IMG/VR virus record: IMGVR_UViG_3300034418_011550
Coordinates: 58,133 to 122,132 of that record
Length of the DNA stretch: 64,000 bases
Origin: a virus
Direction: 5' to 3' (one strand)
The first letter of the stretch is position 1; each line of letters starts with the position of its first letter. Below are positions 1-10,830 of this stretch, one piece after another. The notes under the pieces are model-generated. The model was not told the origin of the DNA and searched no databases. It saw nothing but the letters and a program-made list of their open reading frames with translations. The position numbers and the translations under genes are program-made.

Positions 1-66
1 TTAGATAGAAACAACGGTAGTGTACCTGATAATAAAAAATATCTAAATACTTTACCAGGATAATAA

Positions 67-1953
67 ATGCCTTTAGTAGATTTACTAACAGATCTAGGTA
101 ACTTTAAATACTACTCAGGTGGTCGTGGGTATGTGTCAACGCCTAATTCTTTTGGGCAAAAAAGCATACCTTATGGATATGACCGTCCTGGTGGAGGAAA
201 TAGTGGTCAACCTTTTGTAACTGTTAGTAAACAAAATAGTTTTGACTTATCTGTAGACCAATTAGGTAGCACTGGTTTAAATAATGATTTATTTATTAGA
301 GGAGGAGTATCTGTTGCTAAACATGTTAAAGAAGATGAAATAAGAATTGGAAAATTTTTAGCTTCATCACAAGGTTTACTTTGGATTGCTCAACAAAACT
401 TATTAGAAAAAACATTTAAACCAAAATTACCAAATGATATTTATCCAAGAGAAATTTATAGTCCTTTAAATACTCTAGCTCAATTAGCAGGTAATCCTAT
501 TGGTACCCATATAAATAAATCTGGTTTAAATCCATTTTACTTTGATATACCTCATGGTCAAGGTGAAAACTCATATCTAGTTAAAACAGATAAACAATAT
601 AATACAGAAAATACTAACCGTTTAACTTTACTATACAAATCTAAAATATCTCAACTTCCAGACTCACCAGACTTAAAAGTATCTAAAGGTTTTAGTATCA
701 AGTTTAATGATAATGATTTTATTATAAATGATGCTTTATCTAGTTATAGAAGAGTAACTGATACAACTCTTACTATACAAAAACTAGATAATACTTTTGA
801 ATCTAATTATTCATCTTGGACCAGTGAAAAACTAAGCAATTCCGGACCTTTTAAATCAGATCCAATTTCTACTCCTTACCTTAATGATTTTAGAAGTAGA
901 ACTTATGATGGTGGTGCTGAAGCAGGAGGTGGATATAAATTTAAAAGCTTTTTAGCTAAAGGAAATTATTCTGAAAACAACAGACAAGATACTTTTGGAA
1001 TGTCTGACCCAGGAACTCGTTTTAAAGACGTTTCTGATATAACTGCTTTATCTTCAAACCAGTCTACTGATAAAATCAATACTGTTTCTTTATATAGTTC
1101 AAACAAAGTAGATACAGATTATTCAGAATCAGATTTAATACCTTTTTATTTTCAAGTAGTTAATAATGATGACCCTTCAAATTATACTTTTGTTCATTTT
1201 AGAGCTTATATAGACAATTTTGGAGATAGTTTTACAGGAAATTGGCAATCATTTAAATATTCTGGTAGAGGTGAGAATTTTCATATTTATGATAGCTTTA
1301 ATAGGTCAATTAGTTTAGGATTTACTATAGCTATTGAATCAAGACTCGAACAACAACCTCAATATAAAAAAATAAGTTATTTAGCCTCATTAACTGCTCC
1401 TGATTATTCTAACTCAACCGGATTTATGAGAGGTAATTTTGTTAAATTAACTGTAGGAGATTATTTGACACAAACTCCTGGATTTATTAATAGTATAAAT
1501 TACTCAGTAGCAAATAATGTCCCTTGGGATATAGCTAGAGACAATAATGGTAATCTTTTAGATAATGGAACTCAAATATTACCGATGGTGATTAATGTTA
1601 GTATGACCTTTACTCCTGTTCATAATTTTGTTCCTAAAACAAATGGAAATTTTGTAGGTAATGAAGATAAATTTAACAAAGCAGCCTATATTGTTAATAG
1701 AGAAGCCGCTGAAAGGTTTGGATCTAAAGTTGATAATATAAGTGGAACAACATTAAAATCTGCTCCAATACCAAAACCAACAAACCCTGGACAAATAAAT
1801 ATACCAAATAAACTCCAAAAACCATTTGTTTTAGAACCTACTAGCCAAAGAAGAATTTCAGGACCATTAAATGCTTCAACTCCTACAGATGTTCGACTTA
1901 AAAATCAATCTTTATTTAGTAGAGCTATTCCTGATGGTTTACCTAATGCTTAA
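67..1953 (+). CDS. Contractile-tail baseplate / tail-tube initiator-like protein
   Basis: The C-terminal block (FRAYIDNFGDSFTGNWQSFKYSGRGENFHIYDSFNRSISLGFT...PMVINVSMTFTP) resembles P2 gpU/CIS tube-initiator domains; directly upstream of a LysM gene and a hub gene. Confidence 0.55.
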   Translation: MPLVDLLTDLGNFKYYSGGRGYVSTPNSFGQKSIPYGYDRPGGGNSGQPFVTVSKQNSFDLSVDQLGSTGLNNDLFIRGGVSVAKHVKEDEIRIGKFLASSQGLLWIAQQNLLEKTFKPKLPNDIYPREIYSPLNTLAQLAGNPIGTHINKSGLNPFYFDIPHGQGENSYLVKTDKQYNTENTNRLTLLYKSKISQLPDSPDLKVSKGFSIKFNDNDFIINDALSSYRRVTDTTLTIQKLDNTFESNYSSWTSEKLSNSGPFKSDPISTPYLNDFRSRTYDGGAEAGGGYKFKSFLAKGNYSENNRQDTFGMSDPGTRFKDVSDITALSSNQSTDKINTVSLYSSNKVDTDYSESDLIPFYFQVVNNDDPSNYTFVHFRAYIDNFGDSFTGNWQSFKYSGRGENFHIYDSFNRSISLGFTIAIESRLEQQPQYKKISYLASLTAPDYSNSTGFMRGNFVKLTVGDYLTQTPGFINSINYSVANNVPWDIARDNNGNLLDNGTQILPMVINVSMTFTPVHNFVPKTNGNFVGNEDKFNKAAYIVNREAAERFGSKVDNISGTTLKSAPIPKPTNPGQINIPNKLQKPFVLEPTSQRRISGPLNASTPTDVRLKNQSLFSRAIPDGLPNA

Positions 1954-1958
1954 AAGTT

Positions 1959-2270
1959 ATGAATAGATATAGAAATACAATAGGACAAAACACAACAAAT
2001 ACTGAAGGAACAATTGTTTCTTTTGTTGGAGTTAAATATCCTGACATTCCTTATACTTCTGGAGATATTTATGTTTATACAACAGCAGGAGACCGTTTAG
2101 ATAATTTAGCTAAACAGTTTTATGGCTCATCAGAATATTATTGGGTAATATCTGTAGCTAATCCTGACTTAGGTATGGGTTCTCTTTATGTACCTGAAGG
2201 TACTCAAATTAGAATTCCAGGAAATTTAAGTAATATTATTTTAAATTTTCAGTTATTAAATAATCAGTGA
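1959..2270 (+). CDS. LysM-like baseplate protein (P2 gpX-like)
   Basis: TTAGDRLDNLAKQFYGSSEYYWVISVANP...GTQIRIP is the typical tail-X/LysM pattern. Confidence 0.7.
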   Translation: MNRYRNTIGQNTTNTEGTIVSFVGVKYPDIPYTSGDIYVYTTAGDRLDNLAKQFYGSSEYYWVISVANPDLGMGSLYVPEGTQIRIPGNLSNIILNFQLLNNQ

Positions 2271-2271
2271 T

Positions 2272-5200
2272 ATGGCAAATATTATAGGTGAAGTTTTTGA
2301 TAGATTTGTAACACAACAAGTAGAAGCTAGACAAACTCTTTTAGGTTATTCACAAGAGGGTAATACTATTAATGATAGTGTTAACCAATGGTTACATAAC
2401 AATTCAGCTTGGACTAGAATGATATCTGGTATTGATATTAGAGGACCAAGAGCGGCTGAAAGATTAGTTTCATTAAATTTAGGAGCAGATTATGCAAGTG
2501 AAAACTTAGCTAAAAATTTTATTTTATATAATGGAGTATCTTCAGTAACAGGTTCAGGAGATAGTTTATCTTTTAATCCTTCTACAAACAATCAAGATTA
2601 TTTTGCTGCTAATAGTGATTTTTCTATAACTAATTCTTATGGTTTTGCTGGATTAGATCAAGGACTAAGACCAATGCCTGGTATTGAATCTGTAAGAGTA
2701 AGTTATGTAAATAAAGGAGCTTTAGCTAATGCAGAAATCGATATAATTGCTTTTAATAAAGAACAACTAAATATAATTGATACTTTATTTTTACATCCTG
2801 GTTATAGTTTCTTATTAGAATGGGGATGGACAAGATATATTGATAATGATACAGCGACTGTTATTCATAATGATCCAACTAGTTTAATAACTGATCCTTT
2901 TAAATCAATATTATCTAAAAAAAGCACTCAATATACTATATACAATGAAATAAAAAAAGAAAAACAAAAACAATCAGGCAATTATGATGCCTTATACTTA
3001 ATTGTTAAAAATTTTAAGTTTACATTTCAACCTAATGGTACTTATAAAATAACAGTATATGCTGTAACTCAAGGAGATTTACTTGAAAATTTAAAAATAA
3101 ACACAGTATCTCCAGGAGAAGGGGCTTTAGGGGCTAAACAACAGCTTTTAGACCAAGATCAAAGAAATAAAACAGTTGAAGACCTTAAAGCTGAGTTAGC
3201 TCTTAATGAAAGTAAAATAGCAGAAAAAGCTAAAGAACTACAAGCTCTTGAAACAGCGTTTGAGGAATATAAACGAAAAAATGTACTACTTATAAATACA
3301 CCTAAATATAAAGAAGTAGTTGCTGCTTCTGTACCTACTATTGAAGAATTAAGAAAAGAAGTTAATGATTTAAAAGGTAGACCAACTGAAATAAGAAATG
3401 AAATTATAACTCTTACTGGAGAAGATATAGAAGCTACAAATGTTGTAGATAGATTAGCTAATAAATCAAGGATACATTTAGAATTAAAACGTGTTAGAGA
3501 TTATCTGCAAGGAAATACCGGGGGTGCTTCTCAAGATATTTTATCTATGAAAGTAGAAAAAATAGAAAAAACAAAAACAGTAAATGAAGAAGGTTTAATA
3601 ATTGAAACTACAGATACTGCTAATGATTTTCTATATTTTATGAAGTTAGGTAATCTGCTAGATTTTATTCAAAATAATCTTTTATTATATAGTACTAGCA
3701 AAAGTAACCCTTATTTTAGAATAGATACAAATAATAACAATTATTGTTTCCATTTTAGTAAACATATTTCAGCTGACCCTGAAATTTGTATGATTCCTGT
3801 AAGAGATGGAAAAATTGCTGTTCCTGAATCTTATAAAAAAGTTAGAGAAAGACCAGAAAAAATAGCTGAACTACAAAGAAAACTACAACAACAACAAAAG
3901 AATGTTGAACTTGCTCAGGATGTTCTTGAAATAAATCAATCAATTGAAAATATAGGAACAATAGATTTTTCTCCTACTACTCCTGGTGAAAGAGTATTTA
4001 ATCCTTTTGAAGTCACTAAACCAAATACAGAAACTACTGAACCCGCTGGTTTTCTTGATGTTATTAAAGAACCAACAGCCGCTGAACAAGCCCTCACAGC
4101 CGCTCAACAATATTTAAAAAGTATTTCTACTGACTTAACATCTGAAAATAAAGCAGCCTCTGGGTCAACAGATGCTTCTGGTCATCCTTTTTATGGAGGT
4201 TTACCTTCTACATTTCAATCAAATGCTGGTGGGGGAACAACAAGTAGAGATGAAGTAATACAAGAAGAAAATCTTGGAAGAGTATTTGAAAATATACCAG
4301 TAGTATTCTCAGGCTCAGCTGGTTTTACAGGACCAGAAACAATAACTATCAAAGGAGCACCAAAAGAAGTTGAGGCTTATACTATTAATTTTCCAAATTC
4401 CATTAGATATATAACTAGAAGTAGATACTTTCAGTTTGGAAAAAAAGATAATGAACCTACTAATTTAACAGAACAAGGTTCTTGGACTATTAAAGATGGA
4501 AAATTTAAAAGAATACCAGATAAAGATAAAAGTACAACTCCTAATTTAACTAAAACTAGAAATGCTGATGATATCGAATCGGGGTTAACATCACAAGATC
4601 TAAATACAGACTTTATTGTAAATAATTTTATTGGAAGGTTAATGGATATTCATGTTAATCTAGAATATATAGCAACAGTAGCTAATAATAATATAGATAA
4701 ACAAGGTAATTTATCTTTAATTTCCTTTTTAAATCAATTACTAACAGGTATAAACGCTGCTTTAGGTTATTGTCATGACTTTCAAGTAATTTATGATAGG
4801 GAAACTAATTATGTAAAAATATATGATTATAAAATTTTAAATTATGGGGGGTTAAAAGAAAAATCAAATGCTCCTGCATTTTTTAATCTTTTTGGTTTTA
4901 AACCTATAGGTAGGTTTAATTATGGTTCTTTTATATATGATGTGAACTTCACTTCCCAATTAACTAATGACTTTGTTAATATGATAACTATCGCTGCCCA
5001 ATCTGATACTAATGTATTAGGTATGGATTATACAGGATTATCTAAATATAATGAAGGACTAGTTGATAGAATTATATCCCAAAAGAAATCAGCAGCAGAA
5101 ATAGGATCAACATCTGGGGGTACAACAGTTAAAGACCTTAATAATCTTTATAATACCGCTAAAACTTTTGCTCAAGATATTTGGGGACAATTAAGTATAA

Positions 5201-6420
5201 ACAGAGGTGAGGTAGATGCTTTTATGTCTGCTAATAGAGACTTAGCCAACTACGAAATTAATAACTCTGTAAAAAACGGATTAATACCTAACCCTATAGT
5301 TATTCCTTATAACTTATCACTAACAATGATGGGCCTTTCAGGAATGAAAATATTTGAAACTTTTGAGGTTGATGATAAAATATTACCTCCAATGTATGAT
5401 AATAGATCTTATAACTTTATTGCTAAAGCTATATCTCATACTATAACAAACAATAAATGGACTACAACTTTAGAAAGTCAAATAGTAAATAAATCTAAAA
5501 ATAATGAGGTTATTCCTGTTTCTGAAAATGTTGAAAAATATATAAGAGTAGTTACTAATAATGGTGGTGGCGGTGGTGTAACCTTCCAAGGACTAGGAAG
5601 TTGCGACCCAGAAATTCTTAAAAAGGTAACACCTTTTAGTAATCTTTCTAGCGAAAAAAGAAAAAATGCTATTTATTTATATAAACTTCTTAAATCTTCT
5701 AAATTTAATTTTACAGAAAGTCAAGCCAGAGCAATTGTATCTGTTAGTTCTAAAGAATCAAACTTTAAACCGGTAGATGAAATAAGTTATGTTAATGGTA
5801 ATACTAAAATAAAAAGAATTATTGAAGTATGGCCAAAAGTACAAAACCCTCCTTTAAGAAATAAAGTATTAAAACTTTTAGCAGATGGTGCTAGTGACTA
5901 TAGCTCAGGATGTTATGCTGATGGTTCTTGTCCTAAACATATACAAGCTGATAAAGATTTTTGGGAGTTATTTTATGGTGGTTTATATGGAAATCCAAAA
6001 GGACAAGCGTGGAGATATATTGGTAGGGGATATAATGGTGTAACATTTTTAGGAAGTGAAAAAAGCGGTGATGGATATGCTGGTTATAATAGATTATATA
6101 GAGAACTTGGAAGCCCAGCAGGCCAAGTTGACCTAGTAAAAAATCCAGAGGATTTAAATAAAAAAGATTCAGATGGAATATACAAAATAGCGGCTTGGGT
6201 AGCTGGTTTATATTTCCAAAAAGCTATAAATAGACATAAAAGTACTTTTGAAGGAGTTAAAAATGATCCCGAAGCCACTATAAAATATATGATTAAAGCA
6301 AATGCAGGTTGGGGAAGTGCTGAAACAGGTAAGATCTTTGTAGAAGGATTATGTAAAGCAGTTAAATTTTATTCAACTCTCCCATCATCAATCCCAGTCA
6401 ATGAAGTACCAAATGTATAA
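2272..6420 (+). CDS. Baseplate hub-like protein with a coiled-coil insert and a C-terminal lysozyme-like (GH19-type) domain
   Basis: Position after gpU/gpX-like genes; PGIES..V, LLEWGW and GMKIFETFEVDDKILP hub-like segments; GGGGG linker followed by KESNF...YIGRGYNGVTF. Confidence 0.55.
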   Translation: MANIIGEVFDRFVTQQVEARQTLLGYSQEGNTINDSVNQWLHNNSAWTRMISGIDIRGPRAAERLVSLNLGADYASENLAKNFILYNGVSSVTGSGDSLSFNPSTNNQDYFAANSDFSITNSYGFAGLDQGLRPMPGIESVRVSYVNKGALANAEIDIIAFNKEQLNIIDTLFLHPGYSFLLEWGWTRYIDNDTATVIHNDPTSLITDPFKSILSKKSTQYTIYNEIKKEKQKQSGNYDALYLIVKNFKFTFQPNGTYKITVYAVTQGDLLENLKINTVSPGEGALGAKQQLLDQDQRNKTVEDLKAELALNESKIAEKAKELQALETAFEEYKRKNVLLINTPKYKEVVAASVPTIEELRKEVNDLKGRPTEIRNEIITLTGEDIEATNVVDRLANKSRIHLELKRVRDYLQGNTGGASQDILSMKVEKIEKTKTVNEEGLIIETTDTANDFLYFMKLGNLLDFIQNNLLLYSTSKSNPYFRIDTNNNNYCFHFSKHISADPEICMIPVRDGKIAVPESYKKVRERPEKIAELQRKLQQQQKNVELAQDVLEINQSIENIGTIDFSPTTPGERVFNPFEVTKPNTETTEPAGFLDVIKEPTAAEQALTAAQQYLKSISTDLTSENKAASGSTDASGHPFYGGLPSTFQSNAGGGTTSRDEVIQEENLGRVFENIPVVFSGSAGFTGPETITIKGAPKEVEAYTINFPNSIRYITRSRYFQFGKKDNEPTNLTEQGSWTIKDGKFKRIPDKDKSTTPNLTKTRNADDIESGLTSQDLNTDFIVNNFIGRLMDIHVNLEYIATVANNNIDKQGNLSLISFLNQLLTGINAALGYCHDFQVIYDRETNYVKIYDYKILNYGGLKEKSNAPAFFNLFGFKPIGRFNYGSFIYDVNFTSQLTNDFVNMITIAAQSDTNVLGMDYTGLSKYNEGLVDRIISQKKSAAEIGSTSGGTTVKDLNNLYNTAKTFAQDIWGQLSINRGEVDAFMSANRDLANYEINNSVKNGLIPNPIVIPYNLSLTMMGLSGMKIFETFEVDDKILPPMYDNRSYNFIAKAISHTITNNKWTTTLESQIVNKSKNNEVIPVSENVEKYIRVVTNNGGGGGVTFQGLGSCDPEILKKVTPFSNLSSEKRKNAIYLYKLLKSSKFNFTESQARAIVSVSSKESNFKPVDEISYVNGNTKIKRIIEVWPKVQNPPLRNKVLKLLADGASDYSSGCYADGSCPKHIQADKDFWELFYGGLYGNPKGQAWRYIGRGYNGVTFLGSEKSGDGYAGYNRLYRELGSPAGQVDLVKNPEDLNKKDSDGIYKIAAWVAGLYFQKAINRHKSTFEGVKNDPEATIKYMIKANAGWGSAETGKIFVEGLCKAVKFYSTLPSSIPVNEVPNV

Positions 6421-6440
6421 TAAAAATATATTTATAATAA

Positions 6441-7043
6441 ATGTACTATCCTAAAAACAAAATAAAAACAGGTCTTTATACTAATGGAGGAGAATACATT
6501 TACGCTGATAATAAATCTTCTTTTACAGGATATTATTATGCTTTATACAATGGAAAGTTTTATGAAGGTAAATCTCCAACTAAAGGAAATCGAGAAATAA
6601 TAGAAATTTCTCTTCTTGATAGTGATCAATCAATTAAAACAGATATTCGTTTAATAGATGATTTTGGCCCAAGTGGAAAAACAGAATCATATGCTACTAT
6701 TATTTCAACTGGTCAAAAACAAAATGTACCAACCCCTGTTTTTAGGTCTCCACAACAAACAGATTATGGTATAGGACAATTTGTAAGATATTTTTGTAGA
6801 AAAGTTAATGAACCTGTTTTTATAGAAATTAATAATTCAACATATACAGCTTTATATAATAAAAACCAAAATTGGGTTCAACTATATATTCCTTTTCAAA
6901 TATATTGGTTAATAGCAGGTGACTATGAAAAAGTAGTACAAACTAATAGAATCAATGTAACAAGAAAAGAACAATCCCTCCAACTTTATGGTTTAACTAA
7001 ATATATAGAAGCACATGGGGGTTATGATAAATTCTATTTTTAA
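6441..7043 (+). CDS. Hypothetical protein, probably virion-associated
   Basis: 200-aa ORF at the end of the structural block, preceded by ATATTTATA. Confidence 0.4.
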   Translation: MYYPKNKIKTGLYTNGGEYIYADNKSSFTGYYYALYNGKFYEGKSPTKGNREIIEISLLDSDQSIKTDIRLIDDFGPSGKTESYATIISTGQKQNVPTPVFRSPQQTDYGIGQFVRYFCRKVNEPVFIEINNSTYTALYNKNQNWVQLYIPFQIYWLIAGDYEKVVQTNRINVTRKEQSLQLYGLTKYIEAHGGYDKFYF

Positions 7044-7090
7044 TTTGTCTTTGTAAAATCTTGATACTATATTAATAGCAAATCAAGGTT

Positions 7091-8374
7091 ATGTTTTGGT
7101 TAATAGAGACAGAGGAACAATTAGATTATTTAAAACAACATCCTATACAAGATGCATTTGTTGAAGTAATCCCATATCATGATAATGTTCATCCTGCTTT
7201 AAATGACATTTCATTAATTTATATTAGACCGTTTAATGACACTAAAGGTTATATATTATGTATTGACCATAGTGAGACTTTTTCGCTTAATAAAACGGTT
7301 ATAGACAGTGTACTACAAAGTATAGAACGTATATGGGTCCGAGATAAAAAACAAACACTATATTACTTACCAATCAAAAGCTTGTTTGACCTATCCATAC
7401 TTAACCCTACGTATATACAAGAAGAGCAAGCAGTACATACACACATTTACTCCCAAAATACGGATTATCTAAAACCAAACAAACTTATCCCAGTAGCTAA
7501 ACTCTATGAGAAATACGAACATATTTATATACAAGTTCGTAGTACTATTCCTCAAGAGTTACCCCCATACTTTGACTTTTATAACAACAAAGTAGCATTG
7601 GCTTTCTTCGGAATTGAAAAGAATGGTATAAACATAAACAAAAATGAATTTGATAAATACTATGAACCCACTAAAGAATTTTATTCAGTCAAAGACAATA
7701 GGGTATTTACCAGTTACAACTTATCTACAACAACTCGTAGACCAAGTAACTCTTTTAATGGCATTAATTTTGCCGCTTTAAATAAAGAAAATGGCTCAAG
7801 GAGAAGCTACATATCGAAGTATGGGTTTGTGGAGTTCGATATTAGCGCATACCATCCTCATCTTGCTGCTCGTTTGGTTGCCATGGATTTCAATGGGCAA
7901 GACGTCCATCAAACGTTCGCAAACCTATACGGAGTCTCGTATAAAGAAGCAAAAGAGCTTACGTTCAAACAACTCTATGGTGGCGTATTTAAAGAGTACG
8001 CGCATTTGGAATTTTTTCAAAAAGTAAATAAGTTTATTGAAGAGAAGTGGCAAGAGTTTGAAGAGCAAGGCAAGGTAGAAGTTCCAATATCTGGATACTT
8101 TTTTTATAAAGACAAGTTGGAAAATATGAATCCACAAAAATTGTTTAACTATATGTTACAAAATGTGGAAAGTGCTGTCAACACGTATATACTGATAGAC
8201 ATTCATAAATTATTGAGAGGGCGTAAAACTAAAATAGTTTTATATACTTATGACAGCTTTTTATTTGAGCTTGGAGAAGATGAAAAAGATATAGAAATTG
8301 AAATAAATAAAATATTTAAAAAATATAAGTTACAAACAAAAACTAGTTATGGAGACACATACGATTTTGCATAA
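7091..8374 (+). CDS. Divergent, short family-A DNA polymerase-like protein
   Basis: Motif A-like VEFDISAYHP, motif B-like AKELTFKQLYGG, motif C-like LYTYDSFLF; only 427 aa. Confidence 0.72.
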   Translation: MFWLIETEEQLDYLKQHPIQDAFVEVIPYHDNVHPALNDISLIYIRPFNDTKGYILCIDHSETFSLNKTVIDSVLQSIERIWVRDKKQTLYYLPIKSLFDLSILNPTYIQEEQAVHTHIYSQNTDYLKPNKLIPVAKLYEKYEHIYIQVRSTIPQELPPYFDFYNNKVALAFFGIEKNGININKNEFDKYYEPTKEFYSVKDNRVFTSYNLSTTTRRPSNSFNGINFAALNKENGSRRSYISKYGFVEFDISAYHPHLAARLVAMDFNGQDVHQTFANLYGVSYKEAKELTFKQLYGGVFKEYAHLEFFQKVNKFIEEKWQEFEEQGKVEVPISGYFFYKDKLENMNPQKLFNYMLQNVESAVNTYILIDIHKLLRGRKTKIVLYTYDSFLFELGEDEKDIEIEINKIFKKYKLQTKTSYGDTYDFA

Positions 8375-8813
8375 ACCCGAATATATGTATACCGGATACG
8401 ATTTTGATCCAATTAATATACGTGACGTGAATAATAAGTTATTTTGTACTTTTACTAGCTTGGAAAATTTAGATTCTCTAGTAAACGAAATTACAAGCGC
8501 ATACTCCATAATGTACAAGAAAATGTTTGTTTTGTATGTAAAAAGTACAGACGAATATGTTGTTACATATAATGTTGAGCAAGGCAATGTTAGTGACATT
8601 CCTGAAAATACTATTTTAGTACATAGAAAAAAAGACACTAATACACTATATACTATTAATGCTTTAAATGAGCTTATAAAAAAACTAAATGGGGGAGTAG
8701 TTGACCCTAAGTATATGGTGAGTTGGCAACACTATAGAAATTGTATTTTATTGACTAACCATAATGAGTTAAAACAATTAAATACAAAGATTTATAAGAT
8801 TGTTGAGCTTTAA
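8349..8813 (+). CDS. Hypothetical protein (alternative start 8385)
   Basis: Long ORF with phage-like codon usage between the polA-like gene and SSB. Confidence 0.5.
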   Translation: METHTILHKPEYMYTGYDFDPINIRDVNNKLFCTFTSLENLDSLVNEITSAYSIMYKKMFVLYVKSTDEYVVTYNVEQGNVSDIPENTILVHRKKDTNTLYTINALNELIKKLNGGVVDPKYMVSWQHYRNCILLTNHNELKQLNTKIYKIVEL

Positions 8814-8866
8814 TTTGGCTCATTAGTCCCGTTTTATTAAATTAAGTTATAAACAATGTATAAGTT

Positions 8867-9697
8867 ATGGATTTGAATGAAATCAAAAATCGATTAAACG
8901 CCATGCAGAGTAAATCTGCTTCAAAAGGCGGAGGTGACAAAAAGAACATTTTTTGGAAACCAAGTGTAGGTAAGCAGGTAGTACGAATTGTACCATCTAA
9001 GTTTAACAAAAATAACCCATTTTCAGAGGTTTATTTCCATTATGACATTACTAACCGAGTAATGATCTCTCCAATCAACTGGGGTGAAAAAGATCCTATT
9101 GTTGAGTTTGTGAAGCAACTTCGTGGAACAAATGATAAGGAAAATTGGCGTTTGGCTAAAAAGTTAGATGCTAAAATGCGTATTTTCGCTCCTGTTATTG
9201 TTCGTGGTGAAGAAGCTGAAGGAGTTAAATTATGGCAATTTGGTAAAGAGCTGTATATGGATTTCTTGAATTTGGCAGATAATGAGGATGTTGGTGACTT
9301 TACTGATATTACTACAGGTCGAGACATTAGTTTGACTACTGTAGGTCCTGAAGTTACTGGAACTAGCTACAACAAAACAACCATTATGCCAAAGGTTAAA
9401 GAAACTCCTTTGAGTAGTGACGCTAGTGAGGTTCAAAGCTGGTTAGATAATCAACCAAATCCAGTTGATGTGTTTAAAAAATATTCTTATGATGAGATGA
9501 AAGAAGCACTTCAGAAATGGTTGACTCCTGACGAACCAGAAGAAGGAGATATTATTGATGATGAAGATGAACCAGAAACTGAACCAGTAGCTCCTACTAA
9601 AAACTACGCTCTTAAGACTCCAACTGCTCCTAAAGTGAGCAAGGCTGAAAAATTTGATTCTTTGTTTGACGAAGAAGAAAGTGATTTGCCATTTTAA
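8867..9697 (+). CDS. Single-stranded DNA-binding protein (T4 gp32-like)
   Basis: FWKP..GKQVVRIVP, GVKLWQFGK and DITTGRDI segments; acidic tail ending EEESDLPF. Confidence 0.75.
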   Translation: MDLNEIKNRLNAMQSKSASKGGGDKKNIFWKPSVGKQVVRIVPSKFNKNNPFSEVYFHYDITNRVMISPINWGEKDPIVEFVKQLRGTNDKENWRLAKKLDAKMRIFAPVIVRGEEAEGVKLWQFGKELYMDFLNLADNEDVGDFTDITTGRDISLTTVGPEVTGTSYNKTTIMPKVKETPLSSDASEVQSWLDNQPNPVDVFKKYSYDEMKEALQKWLTPDEPEEGDIIDDEDEPETEPVAPTKNYALKTPTAPKVSKAEKFDSLFDEEESDLPF

Positions 9698-9708
9698 TTT
9701 AAACATTT

Positions 9709-10791
9709 ATGCCTAGACCTAAGAAAAGTGAATCACTAACGGCAGCAGTCTCTGCGGAGATTAAAGCCAATTTTAACCTTGATAAGTTCAAGGAGAAAAA
9801 AATGCTTAACAGTAATGTTAAGTTTAAAGAACAAAAATGGATTCCTCTTAGCCAGGCGTTTCAAGATGTTACATCAGTTCCTGGTATTCCTCAGGGACAT
9901 ATTGTACTTCTTCGAGGTCACAGTGATACAGGTAAAACTACTGCCTTGATTGAAGCAGCTGTAGCTGCTCAAAAGATGGGTGTTTTGCCTGTATTCATTG
10001 TTACTGAGATGAAATGGAATTGGGAACATGCTATGCAAATGGGTCTCCAAGTAGACATGGAGGTAGATGAAGAAACAGGTGAAGTATTAAATTACGGCGG
10101 TTTCTTCCTTTATGTTGACCGAGAAAGTTTGCATACTATTGAAGATGTAGCAGCATTTATTTTAGATATGTTAGATGAACAGAAAAAAGGAAGTTTGCCT
10201 TATGATTTGTTGTTCCTTTGGGACTCAATAGGCTCTGTACCTTGTGAAATGTCTGTTAAATCTAATAAAAATAACAATGAATGGAACGCTGGTGCAATGA
10301 GTACCCAATTTGGAAACAATGTAAACCAAAAAATCACACTTTCCAGGAAAGAATCATCTCCTTACACAAACACTTTATTGTGTGTAAATAAGGTTTGGAC
10401 AGCTAAAGCTGAAGTACCTATGGGTCAACCAAAACTTATGAACAAAGGAGGTTTTGCAATGTGGTTTGATGCTACATTTGTAATTACTTTTGGTAACATT
10501 GCTAATGCTGGTACAAGTAAAATCAAAGCTATTAAAGACGGAAAGCAAGTTGAATTTGCTAAACGTACTAATATTCAGATTGATAAAAACCACATTAATG
10601 GTGTTACAACCAGAGGTAAGATTATTATGACTCCTCATGGCTTTATTAATGACAATGATAAAGAAGTTAAAGCCTATAAGGATGCCCACGCCAATGAGTG
10701 GATGAAAGTTCTAGGAAGCATGGACTTCGACATTTTTGAAGAAGATGAAACTTTTGAAACTATGAATGTATTTGAGAATGAGCCAGATTAA
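9709..10791 (+). CDS. uvsX: RecA/UvsX-like recombinase
   Basis: Walker A GHSDTGKT, Walker B FLWDS, GGFAMWFDA, KNHING. Confidence 0.88.
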   Translation: MPRPKKSESLTAAVSAEIKANFNLDKFKEKKMLNSNVKFKEQKWIPLSQAFQDVTSVPGIPQGHIVLLRGHSDTGKTTALIEAAVAAQKMGVLPVFIVTEMKWNWEHAMQMGLQVDMEVDEETGEVLNYGGFFLYVDRESLHTIEDVAAFILDMLDEQKKGSLPYDLLFLWDSIGSVPCEMSVKSNKNNNEWNAGAMSTQFGNNVNQKITLSRKESSPYTNTLLCVNKVWTAKAEVPMGQPKLMNKGGFAMWFDATFVITFGNIANAGTSKIKAIKDGKQVEFAKRTNIQIDKNHINGVTTRGKIIMTPHGFINDNDKEVKAYKDAHANEWMKVLGSMDFDIFEEDETFETMNVFENEPD

Positions 10792-10830
10792 TATTTGGCT
10801 ATTAACAAAATCTTTGTTATATTCATAGTA

